A program made the position numbers and the translations under genes. A model generated the notes under the pieces. It worked only from the letters and a program-made list of their open reading frames with translations, was not told where the DNA came from and made no database searches. DNA of 64,000 nucleotides, taken from contig CM126215.1 of assembly GCA_052327205.1 (NCBI GenBank), forward strand, positions 2,108,001-2,172,000, read 5' to 3'. This DNA comes from Somniosus microcephalus (Eukaryota). Shown here one piece after another: positions 39,004 through 51,286 of this stretch (within the stretch, counting starts at the first letter, position 1; each line of letters starts with the position of its first letter).

Positions 39004-39101
39004 GTGCTAAGATGATGTATTTCCTGGGTAATTCGAGGCAGGAAAAATCACTTTCTGTTGCTACTAGACTGGATAGGACAATGAAAGACAGAGATGTGAA
39101 G
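39004..39101 (+). CDS. NAA16: NAA16-type penultimate coding exon
   Basis: ttttcag|GT GCT AAG ATG ATG...GTG AAG|gtaac, 98 bp, phase 1/0. Encodes GAKMMYFLGNSRQEKSLSVATRLDRTMKDRDVK. Confidence 0.92.
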
Positions 39102-39705
39102 GTAACTCTGAATAGCTGAGTGAGCAATACTTTAAATAGTGAAGTCAAATGGTAGAACGTAACTGCATTGTACGATTCCCCAAATAGTAAGTTTCCAATC
39201 CCAACAAAGTCAGTGTTTCCTCCGTGGGAGGGAGAGAAATTTGGGTAACGAGGAAGTGGATGGTACCCTGGGTGGTAAATCATTGCCTTTAGCATTCCCG
39301 ACACAGATGCCAAAGAGCCGGGGGTGCATATCGGGAACATTGACACCAACGGGAGTGTCTATCGGGCATACGGACACACGTTAGGAGTGTCTATCAGGAA
39401 TCTGGAGATCCGCTGGGTGCAGTAAAGACAAAATAAAACTGTGACAAAGCACAGCATCAACAGAGATCTGAAAGCAAATTGCCTGTCGACTCTCTTCATT
39501 GATGGGAGAGGTGTTTCATGGGAAAGAGGCAAAAGATAAGAGAAAAATAAGCTTTTCGATTCTTTTCCATTTTTAGACAATACACTTTTCATTTGAGTGT
39601 TTGTTGGATGGTAGTTTAGCTCCTTCTGTTTAACTCACCTGTATTTATGACCACAAAATTGCGTCTTTAATTCTGAATTTTGTTTTGTGCTAGTTCTGCT
39701 GGCAG

Positions 39706-39906
39706 ACTTGCACTAAGGTTCTGGAGGCACTACTTGGTGGGAGCTTTGGAAGTTGTAATTGTCAGTCAGACGAGTACCGGGCAGCATGCCACAGACTCTT
39801 TCCCCTCGCAGCCTCTGCCATGCCTGCAACAAATGAAGACAGAAATGTCACTGCATCTGTGCTGAATGCTGCTGTCAATCATGAGACACTGTCCAATGAG
39901 ATTTGA
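39706..39906 (+). CDS. NAA16: NAA16-type terminal coding exon
   Basis: ggcag|ACT TGC...GAG ATT TGA. Encodes TCTKVLEALLGGSFGSCNCQSDEYRAACHRLFP...ETLSNEI*; NAA15/16 end in NEI as recalled. Confidence 0.9.
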   Translation, partial: TCTKVLEALLGGSFGSCNCQSDEYRAACHRLFPLAASAMPATNEDRNVTASVLNAAVNHETLSNEI

Positions 39907-40112
39907 GGAGACTGTACTCGTATCAAAGTGAGCTGCCAATGGCTGAGCCTGTGGCTCCTTCGATACTCGATCAAGATCATTCAGCAATTGAACATCTGGC
40001 AGGGTCAAAGGGAGTGGAAATCAAGGGGCAGAGCATTGTGACTGAATTACATTAATTTTCACTGAGGATGCCATTCTTAAAAGAAACGTTACCTAAATGA
40101 ATCTGTCATGTT

Positions 40113-43100
40113 TGTTGTGTATGTACCTTTAAGAGAATAACTGGTCTCAGACTGCAATACCGGCAGTGACCACCCCTGTATAAAAGGCGCTAGAGAGCCT
40201 CTGTTGGTTAGTTTCGTTTATGCCTTTCACCAGTAAAGACTTGTTTGTTTCTCTCCTGCTAGTCCGTGTCTCAATCATTCACGGACTTAACACTGGCGAC
40301 GAGTTAGAAAGAACTTACTTGCAACTCAGCAGCAGCTCCGACGACGTTGAAGGTCGGAAGAAGAAAAAAAAAAAAAATAGAGTCCATTGAAACTCGAGGA
40401 ACGGGCGTCGACCGTCAATCATCGGGTTCAAGGCTTTGCAGGAGCGACTTTCCAGAGCCAGGCTGGGTTCCTCGGTCCGTGGTTTCCCAGCTAATCGGGC
40501 TGGTGGCAGGTAGTGCTCTGATCCTTCCTGGGCTGCAACGGGGCCGGGCAGCGAGTCGGGAAGCAAGGAGAGAGAGAGAGGGTGGAGCATACAGGGCGCG
40601 GCCGGGGTTTCGAAGCTGGGCAGCGTTCGGACCTCAGAAGAGGGAAGGAAGTGTCCCAGAGGGTCCGCTCCACGACGGGAAAATAATAAAAGAAAAAGAA
40701 TACGCGCAAGAAACCGTGGAAAGCAGCGCTAACAACAGCGGGGAAGAAGGAAAAGCACGGGAGGCACCATTTTGTTAAATCAGAGAAGAAGGCAAAGCGC
40801 AGGAGGCGCCATTTTAGATTTGCAAGATGCCGAAGACTGGCTGTATCACTGCTTTTGATAATACATTAGAGGACTGGACCACGTATGTGGAAAGAGTCGA
40901 GGTATATTTCGAGGCAAATGAAATAGCGGAGGGGAAAAAGGCATCAATATTGCTAAACGTAATGGGCGCTAGAACGTACGGCCTATTGCGGGATCTGATT
41001 ACTCCAGCCAAACCGAAGGCGAAGAGTTTTAACAAAATTGTTGCTGTTCTACAGAAGCACTTAAACCCTGCACCGCTGTTGGTAGCAGAAAGATTTAAAT
41101 TCCACAGGAGAACTCAGCACAAAGATGAGAGCAATGCTGAGTATCTTACGGAACTACGCAAGCTATCAAAGCACTGCCAGTTCAGAGCAGGACTGGCAGA
41201 TACCCTACGGGACAAATTTGTCTGTGGACTCCTGAGTGAAGGAACACAGAAGAAGTTACTCGCAGAAAAAGAGCTGACGCTAGATAAGGCTTTCAGCGTG
41301 GCAGTATTATATGAAGCAGCAGCCAGGGGAGCTGCAGAAATTCAACAAAAACCACAGGAATACAGCACCCACGAAATGACACGGGGATTTGCAAAATGTT
41401 ATCGCTGCGGCAGAACTAACCATGACCAGAAGGACTGCTGGTCCAAAGACAAAATATGCAGACAATGCGGGAAGATTGGACACATTGCACGAGTTTGTAG
41501 GTCTGAGAAGAAGACCAGCAACAACATAAAGGCTACTAAGGAACCGTACAAGAAAGTACAAAAGATGACGGACAGTAGTTCCGAAGACCAGATGAGCGAT
41601 AGTGAATCCGAGAACAGGAGATTAAGCTGTCTCAAACTTCACAATGTAATCGCAAAAGAGGATCACCGAACCATTTGGGTCACCCTCACGATAGCAGGGT
41701 CCCAAGTTAAAATGGAATTGGATACAGGATCAGCGCTAACCGTCATGAATCGACGAGACTATGGGCGGCTATTTTCACACATACCCTTGAGAGAGACATC
41801 CATCGTCTTGACGACGTATACGGGGCAAAAAGTATACCCCAGAGGAAAAATAAGGGTGCCTGTCGAATACAATGGCAAGAAAATACGGAAATTGTATCTC
41901 TACATACTGCCAAATGGTGGACCACCGTTATTGGGACGGGAATGGATCAGGAAGATAAACTTAGATTGGCATTCCATTCATGCAATGACGGTGGACGGTA
42001 AAAAAGATGAAGACGTCACTCCTGGACGATTGTCAACAATCTTAGCTAACGCCAAAGAGGTATTTCAACAAGAACTGGGCACGCTTAAAGGCGTAACCGC
42101 CTCGTTAAAAATAGAAGAGAATGCAGTTCCCAAGTTTTTCAAAGCGAGACCGGTACCATATGCAATTCGTCCAGCCGGCGAGGCAGAGCTGGAGAATCTG
42201 GAGAAGGCGGGCGTGTTGTCTAAGGTCGACTGGAGCGAGTGGGCGACACCCATCGTTCCTGTCATGAAAAAAACGTTAAGCAATAAGTCCGGAGAGCCAA
42301 GGAAGATTCGCATCTGTGGGGATTTCAAGGTGACGGTGAACCCTGTCCTTCACACAGTACAATATCCTCTTCCAAGGATAGAAGACATCTTCGCCTCACT
42401 GTCTGGAGGGAAGCGTTTTACAAAAATTGACCTAGCACAAGCATATTTGCAGATGGAGGTTGAAGAGTCCTCTAGGAAGTATCTCACGATAAACACTCAC
42501 AAAGGTCTTTACCAATATCATCGATTGGTATTCGGAGTAGCATTGGCTCCGGCGATATGGCAAAGAGCGATGGAACAAGTCCTGCAAGGGATTCCGGGGA
42601 CTCAGTGTTACTCGGACGACATCCTTGTAACAGGTGAAGATGACAGTGAACACCTTAACAACCTAGAACAGGTGCTCACTAGACTACGGGAACATGGGCT
42701 GCGAGCCAACCGCCCCAAGTGCGAATTTTTAAAGAAACAGATATCGTATTGTGGCCACGTGATTGATGAAGAGGGGTTACATAAGTCCCCTGACAAAATT
42801 GAAGCGGTTGTTAAGGCCCCAGCGCCTGAAAATGTGTCGCAACTGAGGTCATTCCTCGGGTTGGTGAATTACTATCATAAGTTTTTGCCGAATTTGTCGA
42901 CAATTCTGCATCCACTGAACGCCCTGCTACGAACGGGGGTAGCATGGAAATGGAGCGATGATTGTAAATGTGCTTTTCAGAAGAGTAAGGACTTAATCAC
43001 TTCAAAGGAAGTATTGGCTCACTACAACCCAGCACTGCCAATCAGGCTGGCGTGTGATGCGTCTCCCTACGGCATTGGGGCGGTACTGTCACATAAATTC

Positions 43101-45072
43101 CTTGATGGTTTGGAGAGGCCGATAGCTTTTGCGTCACGCTCGTTAACTTCTGCCGAGCGTAACTACGCCCAGATTGACAGAGAGGCCCTCAGCCTAGTGT
43201 GGGGGGTGAAGAAGTTCAATCACTATCTGCACGGTCAAAAATTTACTCTACTAACCGATCATCAACCTCTTGTCTCCATTTTCAACCCTCAGAAGGGCGT
43301 ACCGATAATGACAGCACAACGGCTGCAGAGATGGTCCCTTTTCCTAGGGGCACACCAATATGACATCGAGTACAGGGGAACTAAACAGCATGGAAATGCT
43401 GATGGATTGTCACGTCTACCGTTGCCGACGGTGGAAGAAGAAGACCTTGCAGTGGATCCAATGGAGTTATTCCACTCGACCATAGTCGAATGTCTCCCTG
43501 TGACGAATGCACACATAGAAAAGGAAACACGGAATGACCCGACACTATCACGGGTCTATGATTTAACGGTGAAGGGATGGCCAGCACATGGCGAACCACT
43601 GCTGCCAGCATTTTCGTCAAGAAGAGAACAGCTGTCAGTGTGCAGAGGAACCTTGATGTGTGGATCCAGAGTAGTAATTCCACCTAAGTTGATGGATAGA
43701 GTGCTCAATGAGCTTCATGAGGGTCATCTGGGTGGGGTAAAAATGAAGAGCTTAGCCAGAGCGTTTGTGTGGTGGCCGGGAATCGATAGAGAAATCGAAG
43801 AGATGACCAAGAGCTGTGCAGGATGCCAGAAGGTCCAAAACGCCCCACCACAAGCTCCTCTGCATCCATGGGAGTGGCCCTCATCTCCATGGCAAAGGGT
43901 GCACATTGATTTTGCTGGTCCCTTCATGGACTCGATGTTTTTAATTGCGGTGGATGCACATTCAAAGTGGCCAGAGGTAATAAAAATGTCCTCAACCACC
44001 ACGGAAAAAACTATCGCAGTTTTACGAACCATATTCGCCAGGAATGGGCTGCCTGAACAGATTTGCTCTGACAATGGACCACAGTTTGTGTCTGAAGATT
44101 TCCGGAGGTTCTTAAAGAACAATGGTGTTAAGCATTATACATCTGCCCCATATCATCCAGCCACTAATGGATTGGCCGAGAGGTTTGTCCAAACATTCAA
44201 GAAGGCTATCAAGGCAATGTGTAATGAAGATATACCCCTACAACACAAGGTGGACAACTTCTTGTTTGCCTACCGGAATGCGACACATGCGGTTACCAAC
44301 CAAACTCCAGCCATGATGTTCTTCAATCGAAGACTACGATGCCGCTTGGATTTGGTTAAGCCAAACGTCCGAAGAGATGTGGCGAACAGGCAGTTTCAGA
44401 ATATGAATGAAAGGCCGACCAGGAGTTTTAAGATAGGTCAACCAGTTTTGGCCCGGGACTGCCGCACTGAGAAATGGCAGCCAGGAACGATTTGTACACG
44501 ACAAGGACCTCTCATGTATACCGTGGACGTTGGGGAGAGCATTGTAAGACGCCATGCTGACCAGATTCTAGAGTCACTGGAAAACGTCAACTCCACACCA
44601 CGATCTGATACACCTGGTAATGAAATCGACGTTTCAATTGCAGCTACCGCAGAACCGGTAATATTGGAAGCAGATGAACCAAACAACGACATTGATTTCG
44701 ACTCAACATTGCCAGAAGAACCTGATACTCCAAAGAGGCGTTATCCCGACAGAATCAGGAAGCCTCCTCAAAGACTGAACTTATAATTGCTTAAACTTAG
44801 CCAATGTATCTAGCAACAGTAATTGTGATTGTAATTCGTTATCATTAGTGTTAAATGAATGTTATGTACTGTTTATCTAAAAGGGGAGGAATTGTTGTGT
44901 ATGTACCTTTAAGAGAATAACTGGTCTCAGACTGCAATACCGGCAGTGACCGCCCCTGTATAAAAGACGCTAGAGAGCCTCTGTTGGTTAGTTTCGTTTA
45001 TGCCTTTCACCAGTAAAGACTTGTTTGTTTCTCTCCTGCTAGTCCGTGTCTCAATCATTCACGGACTTAACA
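40113..45072 (+). mobile_element. Full-length young Gypsy (Mag-like) LTR retrotransposon
   Basis: 180-bp LTRs 40113-40292 and 44893-45072 (2 substitutions); TSD ATGTT; PBS TGGCGACGAG at 40294; PPT aaaaggggaggaat. Confidence 0.98.
40827..44786 (+). CDS. Uninterrupted Gag-Pol polyprotein, 1319 aa
   Basis: Two CCHC knuckles, protease LDTG, RT (YSDD variant), RNase H, integrase HHCC/DDE; colinear with 14436-18390. Confidence 0.95.
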   Translation: MPKTGCITAFDNTLEDWTTYVERVEVYFEANEIAEGKKASILLNVMGARTYGLLRDLITPAKPKAKSFNKIVAVLQKHLNPAPLLVAERFKFHRRTQHKDESNAEYLTELRKLSKHCQFRAGLADTLRDKFVCGLLSEGTQKKLLAEKELTLDKAFSVAVLYEAAARGAAEIQQKPQEYSTHEMTRGFAKCYRCGRTNHDQKDCWSKDKICRQCGKIGHIARVCRSEKKTSNNIKATKEPYKKVQKMTDSSSEDQMSDSESENRRLSCLKLHNVIAKEDHRTIWVTLTIAGSQVKMELDTGSALTVMNRRDYGRLFSHIPLRETSIVLTTYTGQKVYPRGKIRVPVEYNGKKIRKLYLYILPNGGPPLLGREWIRKINLDWHSIHAMTVDGKKDEDVTPGRLSTILANAKEVFQQELGTLKGVTASLKIEENAVPKFFKARPVPYAIRPAGEAELENLEKAGVLSKVDWSEWATPIVPVMKKTLSNKSGEPRKIRICGDFKVTVNPVLHTVQYPLPRIEDIFASLSGGKRFTKIDLAQAYLQMEVEESSRKYLTINTHKGLYQYHRLVFGVALAPAIWQRAMEQVLQGIPGTQCYSDDILVTGEDDSEHLNNLEQVLTRLREHGLRANRPKCEFLKKQISYCGHVIDEEGLHKSPDKIEAVVKAPAPENVSQLRSFLGLVNYYHKFLPNLSTILHPLNALLRTGVAWKWSDDCKCAFQKSKDLITSKEVLAHYNPALPIRLACDASPYGIGAVLSHKFLDGLERPIAFASRSLTSAERNYAQIDREALSLVWGVKKFNHYLHGQKFTLLTDHQPLVSIFNPQKGVPIMTAQRLQRWSLFLGAHQYDIEYRGTKQHGNADGLSRLPLPTVEEEDLAVDPMELFHSTIVECLPVTNAHIEKETRNDPTLSRVYDLTVKGWPAHGEPLLPAFSSRREQLSVCRGTLMCGSRVVIPPKLMDRVLNELHEGHLGGVKMKSLARAFVWWPGIDREIEEMTKSCAGCQKVQNAPPQAPLHPWEWPSSPWQRVHIDFAGPFMDSMFLIAVDAHSKWPEVIKMSSTTTEKTIAVLRTIFARNGLPEQICSDNGPQFVSEDFRRFLKNNGVKHYTSAPYHPATNGLAERFVQTFKKAIKAMCNEDIPLQHKVDNFLFAYRNATHAVTNQTPAMMFFNRRLRCRLDLVKPNVRRDVANRQFQNMNERPTRSFKIGQPVLARDCRTEKWQPGTICTRQGPLMYTVDVGESIVRRHADQILESLENVNSTPRSDTPGNEIDVSIAATAEPVILEADEPNNDIDFDSTLPEEPDTPKRRYPDRIRKPPQRLNL

Positions 45073-46336
45073 ATGTTTATATCTGTGCATTTTGAAGATG
45101 TTTTAACAAAAGTCTTCCCAACAAATATAATGGACATGATATGTACCCAAGAACCTAGATGTCGCCCTGCCTCTGAGCTGAAGTAAATGTGGTTATCCCA
45201 GTTTTGTAAGTGACTGCCAAAATTGAACATGTTCTGAAGACAAGCCTTCGATTTGCATTTTGTGCTTAAATTGTCCCTTTTCCCTTTCTACCCCCTTTCC
45301 CTTCCTTCCCTTTTCCCTTTTGACCCCTTTTTTCCCCCTCTTTCCCCATCCACCACATTTTGCCAGCAGTTTTTTAAGCTGTATGCTAAGGAATATGATC
45401 CTAATTTTGCATCATTTGTCAGTTTCTCCTTTCGATATATCAGGTTCCAGAGGATCGAGGAACAAAGTGGCAAATGCTGGAACTGCAGCAGGTCAGTCAG
45501 CACTGGAAAGGGGTGAGGCAGGTTAACGATGATCTGAAGTTTCCTAGGGGGGGCAGAGGGAGGGAGAATGTGAATGTTATTAATTACCTGTTTTAAAACC
45601 TGTTACAATGAACAAAAAGGCAAGATGTTGAAAGTTTGTCAGTTAACTTGAATCTTAATGCACTGCCCCCCACTCTGTACAGATACTGTTAAATGCACTG
45701 CCCCCCACTCTGTACAGATACAGTCTACAGTTAAATTATTTAGGAGTTTGAATTAAGCAATTTAAATAAAACAGCACAGGAGGCTTTTTTTTACACAAAT
45801 TCAATTCAAGTTAGCATAATGAAAATGAAGCAACTGTGAATGAAGACTGGACTGTACAGATATTTCTACAATGACGGGACAGTTTGTTAAGAAGCTGAGG
45901 CACCAATTTCAAACGAGCTGAATTGTTGGTTTGTTTTTAAAAGCGTGCGATATTACGCAAATTATGAAGATGATCAATGAGCTGTGTGATTGCTTGCCAT
46001 CAAATCCTTTGGAAAACTGGTTTGGTTGGAAGGGAACAGTGCTGGAAATAGCAATAGTTGTACAGTGGTAAAAAAAAATATTTATCAGAGATGATGCCAA
46101 TCATTTGGGTTCAAAGTTAAACTATCATGGATTTTATTGTACCAGTGCGTGAACCAAAACTGAATGGTAATTAAGCAATATTTTTGTATGGTTTATGTGA
46201 CCAGTTTGATTCCCAGCTCAGTACCCAGCTCCTTGGTCCTGACTGACTATAAAGAGTTGAATTTTCTGTTTGTGCGCTCCTGCTGGGGAAACGCACATCA
46301 GGAAATGTCACCAGAGCCTCATCAAACACACAGACT

Positions 46337-48147
46337 TTCAATTCACAATTCACAATTCAAATCGCTTTATTGGCATGATAAGTTACATCTTATGTTGCCA
46401 AAGCATCAAAATACATTTATGGTTTAGCACATAAACGCAGTTCTATTCATACAGTGTATAAACAGGTATATCCCTGAGTGTATAAATATACATTCGCATT
46501 GTTTATATATATTTTTTTCTTAGTTTACTGGTTGTCCCTCTGTTCATGGCAAGCTGTAACATAGTGTGCCGCCAATGTTATACAGCTTCTCTCCTCTCCC
46601 AGTAGGAATGGGAGTTTTTGGTTGTCATTCAGATTTCTGAAATCAGGGCATATTTGTGAGAATTTTTGGTAGAAATTCTCCCTGATGCCCTGATATTTTC
46701 CACAAGCTGTGAGGAAGTGCATCTCTGTCTCCACCACTCCCTGACTGCAGTGAGAGCATATCCTGTCCTCTCTTGGCAGCCTGGTCTGCCTGTGTCTGCC
46801 TTTTTCGATCGCTAGGCTATGTTCGCTAAGTCTGTACCTTGTCAAGGTTCTTCTCAGTTTGTTATCCTTTACCATGGTCAGGTAATCAGCTATGTTGTAT
46901 CGTCTGTTTAGGGCCAAGTAGCAATTGAGTTTGCTTTGGGTTTTTGTTGTTTCTGCCCAATATGTCAGATATTTTTCCTTTTGCTTAGCGACGATTGTGT
47001 TGGGTCGAATTCTTTGTGTTACCCTGTCACTGTCCTGGGGCTGGTTATTGTTAGTATTGTTAGTAGTTACTTCACTGAGTCCCAGGACTAGTTGACTGAG
47101 GGTATTCTTCTTTATGGTCAGCTCTTGGCATTTCAGGGCGTCGTAGTGATAGCATTGGGGATTGCTCATTTGTAGGTGATTCCAAAATTTGGTGGCTCTT
47201 TTTTGGATAGTGATTATTAATGGATATTGGCCTAGTTCCGCCCTGCATGCATTGTTTACTGTTTTCCTTTGAGTCCAGAGGATACTTTTACAGAATTCTG
47301 CATGTAGGATCTCAATTGGGTGTTTGTCCCATTTTGCAAATTCTTGTTGAGTTAGCGGTCCCCATACCTCACTGCCATAGAGTGCAATTGGTTCAATTAC
47401 TGATTTGAAAATTTTGAGCCAAATGCTAATTGGGATTTCTATTTGGATTGATTTTTTGATGGCATAGAAAGCCCTTCTTGCTTTCTCTTTCAGTTCATTC
47501 ACAGCCAGTTTGAAGTTTCCCGTAGAACTGATTTTTAAGCCCAAGTATGTGTAGTTAGTGGTTTGTTCAATTTTGGTTGTTCCTACTGTGAAATTTATTT
47601 TGGGTCCCTGATGTTTGGATCTTTGCTGGAACACAAGGACTTTGGTTTTTTGGGGATTTATTGTCAGGGCCCAAGTCTGGCAGTACGACTCCAGCAGGTC
47701 CAGGTTTTGCTGTAGCCCCTCTTTAGTAGGTGACAGCAGAACCAGGTCGTCTGCATAGAGGAGGAATTTAACCTTGGATTCATATAGGGTGAGGCCGGGT
47801 GCTGTAGATTGTTCAAGTAGTTTTGCCAATCCATTTATGTAAATATTAAAGAGTGTCGGTGAGATTGGCGAGCCCTGCGTCACCCCCCGCCCCTGTGGGA
47901 AGTATTTTGTTTGTTTGTCTCCAATTTTAACTGCACATTTGTTGTTTGTATACATTGATTTAATTACATCATATGTTTTCCCTCCTACCCCACTTTCGAT
48001 AAGTTTCAGGAATAAACCGTCATGCCAGATGGAGTCGAAAGCCTTCTGGAAATCTACAAAGCATGCGTAGATTTTGCTTTTGTTATGGTGAACGTGTTTG
48101 TCAATTAGGGTCTGTAGGGTGAAGATATGATCGGATGTTCTATAGTT
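46337..48147 (-). mobile_element. 5'-truncated RTE-X-like LINE
   Basis: ORF 46525-47955 with GVTQG, YADD and a C-terminal zinc knuckle; TTGAA-type tail at 46337-46361. Confidence 0.85.
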
Positions 48148-48904
48148 TCCCTTGTTTGTCTGAAGGAGGGGGGGAAAGTGGCTGGGGCGGGACTCTGGTC
48201 TCCAGCGGATCTCTGCAGTGGTTGATCAAGAGGTGTAATGCTGTTTGCAAGGCCCTAGCCTGCATAATGAGGAAGTGGTGAGAGACATCTTATTGAAAAA
48301 GTATTAAACCTCCCTAAAGTTCTGGGGTGTACATCTGTGGGTTTCTTCCCACAACCCTCACTCTTGTCACACTCTCAGCAGGGAGCCTGGGTCAGAGAGA
48401 AGACTACACTAGCTGCAGGCTTCTCAGCTGTGTTCCCTTCGAGTGCAGCTCCCCACTGGGAGTGTGAGATTGGTGCCTTTATCCTCTTGTGTTGACGTTC
48501 GGGATCTTTTTAACCGCATAGCAAAAGGGAATTGTTTTGAGGTTCACTGAAAATCTGGGTTTTACAAAGGTTCTGAAACAATTAGAAGCAGGCTTGAGGC
48601 CTATCCATATCCATAATAAAACTCTTTAATGTTATGTTTTACTCTTAATTCAGTTAATCATAGAGGTAGTAGCTAATAAGTGACAGGTTCTGTGACTAGT
48701 ACATGGGGAAGGATTGCTTTTATGAAGTTCTCTTCTCACCTACACTTCAACTTCCCAACCCTCATCATCTGTGCCCCTGAAAACAATTCTAAGTCACTGT
48801 AAAATGCCAACTTACGGAATGCATTAATAAATTATTTTGTACAGAAACTGTTCTGAGAGATTCTCTCCTAAGTTGTATCTGTTTGTGTGCACATGTGTAT
48901 TTTT

Positions 48905-49485
48905 AAAATTGATTCTCAGGATGTGGGCATCACTGGCAAAGCCGACATTTATTGTCCATCCTTAGATGTGCTGAGAAGCTGGTGGTGGTTGTGGTGGGGC
49001 CTTCTCCTTCAACCACTGCAGTCTCTTGTTCTTTGTAGTGGTTTGATACAACCGAGTGGCTAGCGGCCATATCAGAGGGCAGTTAAAAGTCCGCCACGCT
49101 GATGTGGAACCGGAGTCGTGAATAGGCCCAGACCAATTGGGTTTTTACGACAGTCCAACAGCTTCACGGTCACTTTACTGGTGCCAGCTTTTTATTCCCA
49201 GATTTTTTAAACTAAATTCACATTCTCAATCTGGCATGGTGGAATTTGAACTAGCATTCCCTAGATTATTAGTCCAGCCCTCTGGATTACCAGTAATACA
49301 AAAGCAAAATGCTGCGGAGGCAGGAAATCTGAAATAAAAACAGAAAATGCTGGAAAATTCTCAGCAGGACAGGCAGCTTCTGTGGAGAGAGAAACAGAGT
49401 TAACGAAGGTCATCGACCTGAAACGTTAACTATCATCAGAACTGGATTACCAGCCCAGTAATATAACCACTACACTACCATACCC
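48905..49485 (-). mobile_element. tRNA-headed SINE with LINE tail, interrupted by a short Penelope-like repeat (49297-49441)
   Basis: A-box-like TAGTGTAGTGG (49467-49477) and B-box GTTCAAATTCC (49241-49251). Body matches 7870-8382; tail matches 4900-5020. Confidence 0.75.
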
Positions 49486-49649
49486 AATGACATATGTATA
49501 CATATATATATTTTAAAATATTGTACAGATTTTGTTACCGTGAATTTTTGGTCAGGCTTTTCCATCAACATTGCCCATTAAAAATTGCTATGTCAACATT
49601 TCTGGGATCTTACTTGACCTGAACCTCAACAGTGGGCCAGGCTGCTTCA

Positions 49650-50275
49650 GGTTAGCAAGGCCATAAAAGTAGCAAACACAGCAATGGGGTTCGTTTCTAG
49701 AGGAATAGAATTCAAAAGCAGAGAAGTTATGTTAAACTTATATAGAATCTTTGTTAGGCCACACTTGAGTGTGAACAATTCTGGTCTCCTTTATCACAGA
49801 AAGGATATCGAAGCACTGGAGAAGGTGCAAAAAAGATTTCTACAGATGATGCCAGAACTGAGAGGGTATAACTGTCAGGAAAGACTGAACAGGCTGGAAC
49901 CCTTTACTGTCGAAAAGAGAAGACCGAGAGGTGACCCGCTAGAGGTCTTTAAAATTCTGAAGGGGTTTGACAGGGTAAACGTTGAGATTACTCTACTCGG
50001 GGAGTTCAGAACTAGGGGCCATAAATATAAGATAGTGACAAATAAATCCAACAAGTAATTCAGGAGAAACTTCTGAACTCACTACTACAGGGAGTGGTCG
50101 AGGCAAGTAGCATAGGTGCATTTCAGGGGATAAGTACATGAAGGAGAAAGGAATAGAAGGATATGCTGATAGGATGAGATGAAGTAGGGTGGGAGGAGGC
50201 TGGTGTGGAGCAGAAACACCGACATAGACCAGTTGGGCCGAATGGCCTGTTTCTGTGTTTTGGATTCTATGTAAT
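49650..50275 (+). mobile_element. Degraded CR1 3' fragment
   Basis: ORF 49684-50058 resembles a CR1 ORF2 C-terminus. Confidence 0.8.
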
Positions 50276-50806
50276 TCCTGCTGGACTTAGCCTCAGATGT
50301 AGAAGGAAGGTGAAAAGACCGTTCAGATTTAACTGGTGCTGAATGTATAGAATGGGCTTCCAATGGAGGGGCTGGGAGCTGATTGTATCAGCAAATTAGA
50401 GAGAGAGTTGGATAAGAACCCAGAGAAACACTGATAAAGGGATAGGAGTGGGATTGTGGGATGATATCTACCGATTGGGGATTCCCACCACTATCTCTCT
50501 AGTCTATCTGTGACAGCTGATCGCAACTGGACTATACAGAACAAGAGGGCTAGAACCTGAACTCTCCCCCCCTCTGTGTGACACTGGGTGAGGTCAGTTA
50601 ACTCTGCAGAGACCAGGGATGAAAGCTGGACCCTTGTTGCTCCAGATGAGCTTGGAGTAGGCCTTCTCTATGGGCCCCACTTTCTGTAATTGCAATGGTA
50701 AATGTTTTGCTACAGTTACTTCCCTGATCACCTGCTAAAGCTTGGTGAGTAATTGGTGCACCTGGTATGGAATTAACCCATCCTGTTCAGGAAGGGCCTT
50801 GGTTCC

Positions 50807-51170
50807 AAACAACAACTTGTATTTATATAGCGCCTTTAATGAAGTAAAACTTCCCAAGGCGCTGCACAGGAGTATTTTAAGACAAGAAATTTGACACCGA
50901 TCCACATAAAGAGAAATTAGGGCAGGTAACCAAAAGCTTGGTCAAAGAGTGTCTTAAAGGAGGAAAGAGAGGTAGCAAGGCGGACAGGTTTAGGCAGGGA
51001 ATTCCAGAGCTTAGGGTCTAGGCAACAGAAGGCACGGCCACCAATGGTGGAGCGATTATAATCAGGGATGCTCAAGAGGGCGAAATTAGAGGAGCGCAGA
51101 TATCTTGGGGGTTGTGGGACTGAAGGAGATTACAGAGATAGGAAGGGACGAGGCCATGGAGGGATTTGAA
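50807..51170 (-). mobile_element. L2-type 3' fragment
   Basis: Tail aacaacttgtatttatatagcgcc; close to 31693-32005. Confidence 0.8.
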
Positions 51171-51286
51171 AACTAGTCTATGCAAAGCTATCTGGTCCTA
51201 CTTGGGCCAGCCACTGGCATTTTGCTTTAGCACCCTGAACAAGGGACGGAAAGAAAAAAAATCAACCAGGGTTTCCCCGGCTGGAG

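Noticed and set aside
42600-42625. YSDD motif as a novel RT variant or sign of domestication
   Set aside because: One base from YLDD (TCG versus TTG), which the related element has. LTRs, PBS and TSD are intact, so a private mutation is more likely.
45657-45721. 35-bp direct tandem duplication
   Set aside because: An isolated two-copy slippage event with no further structure.
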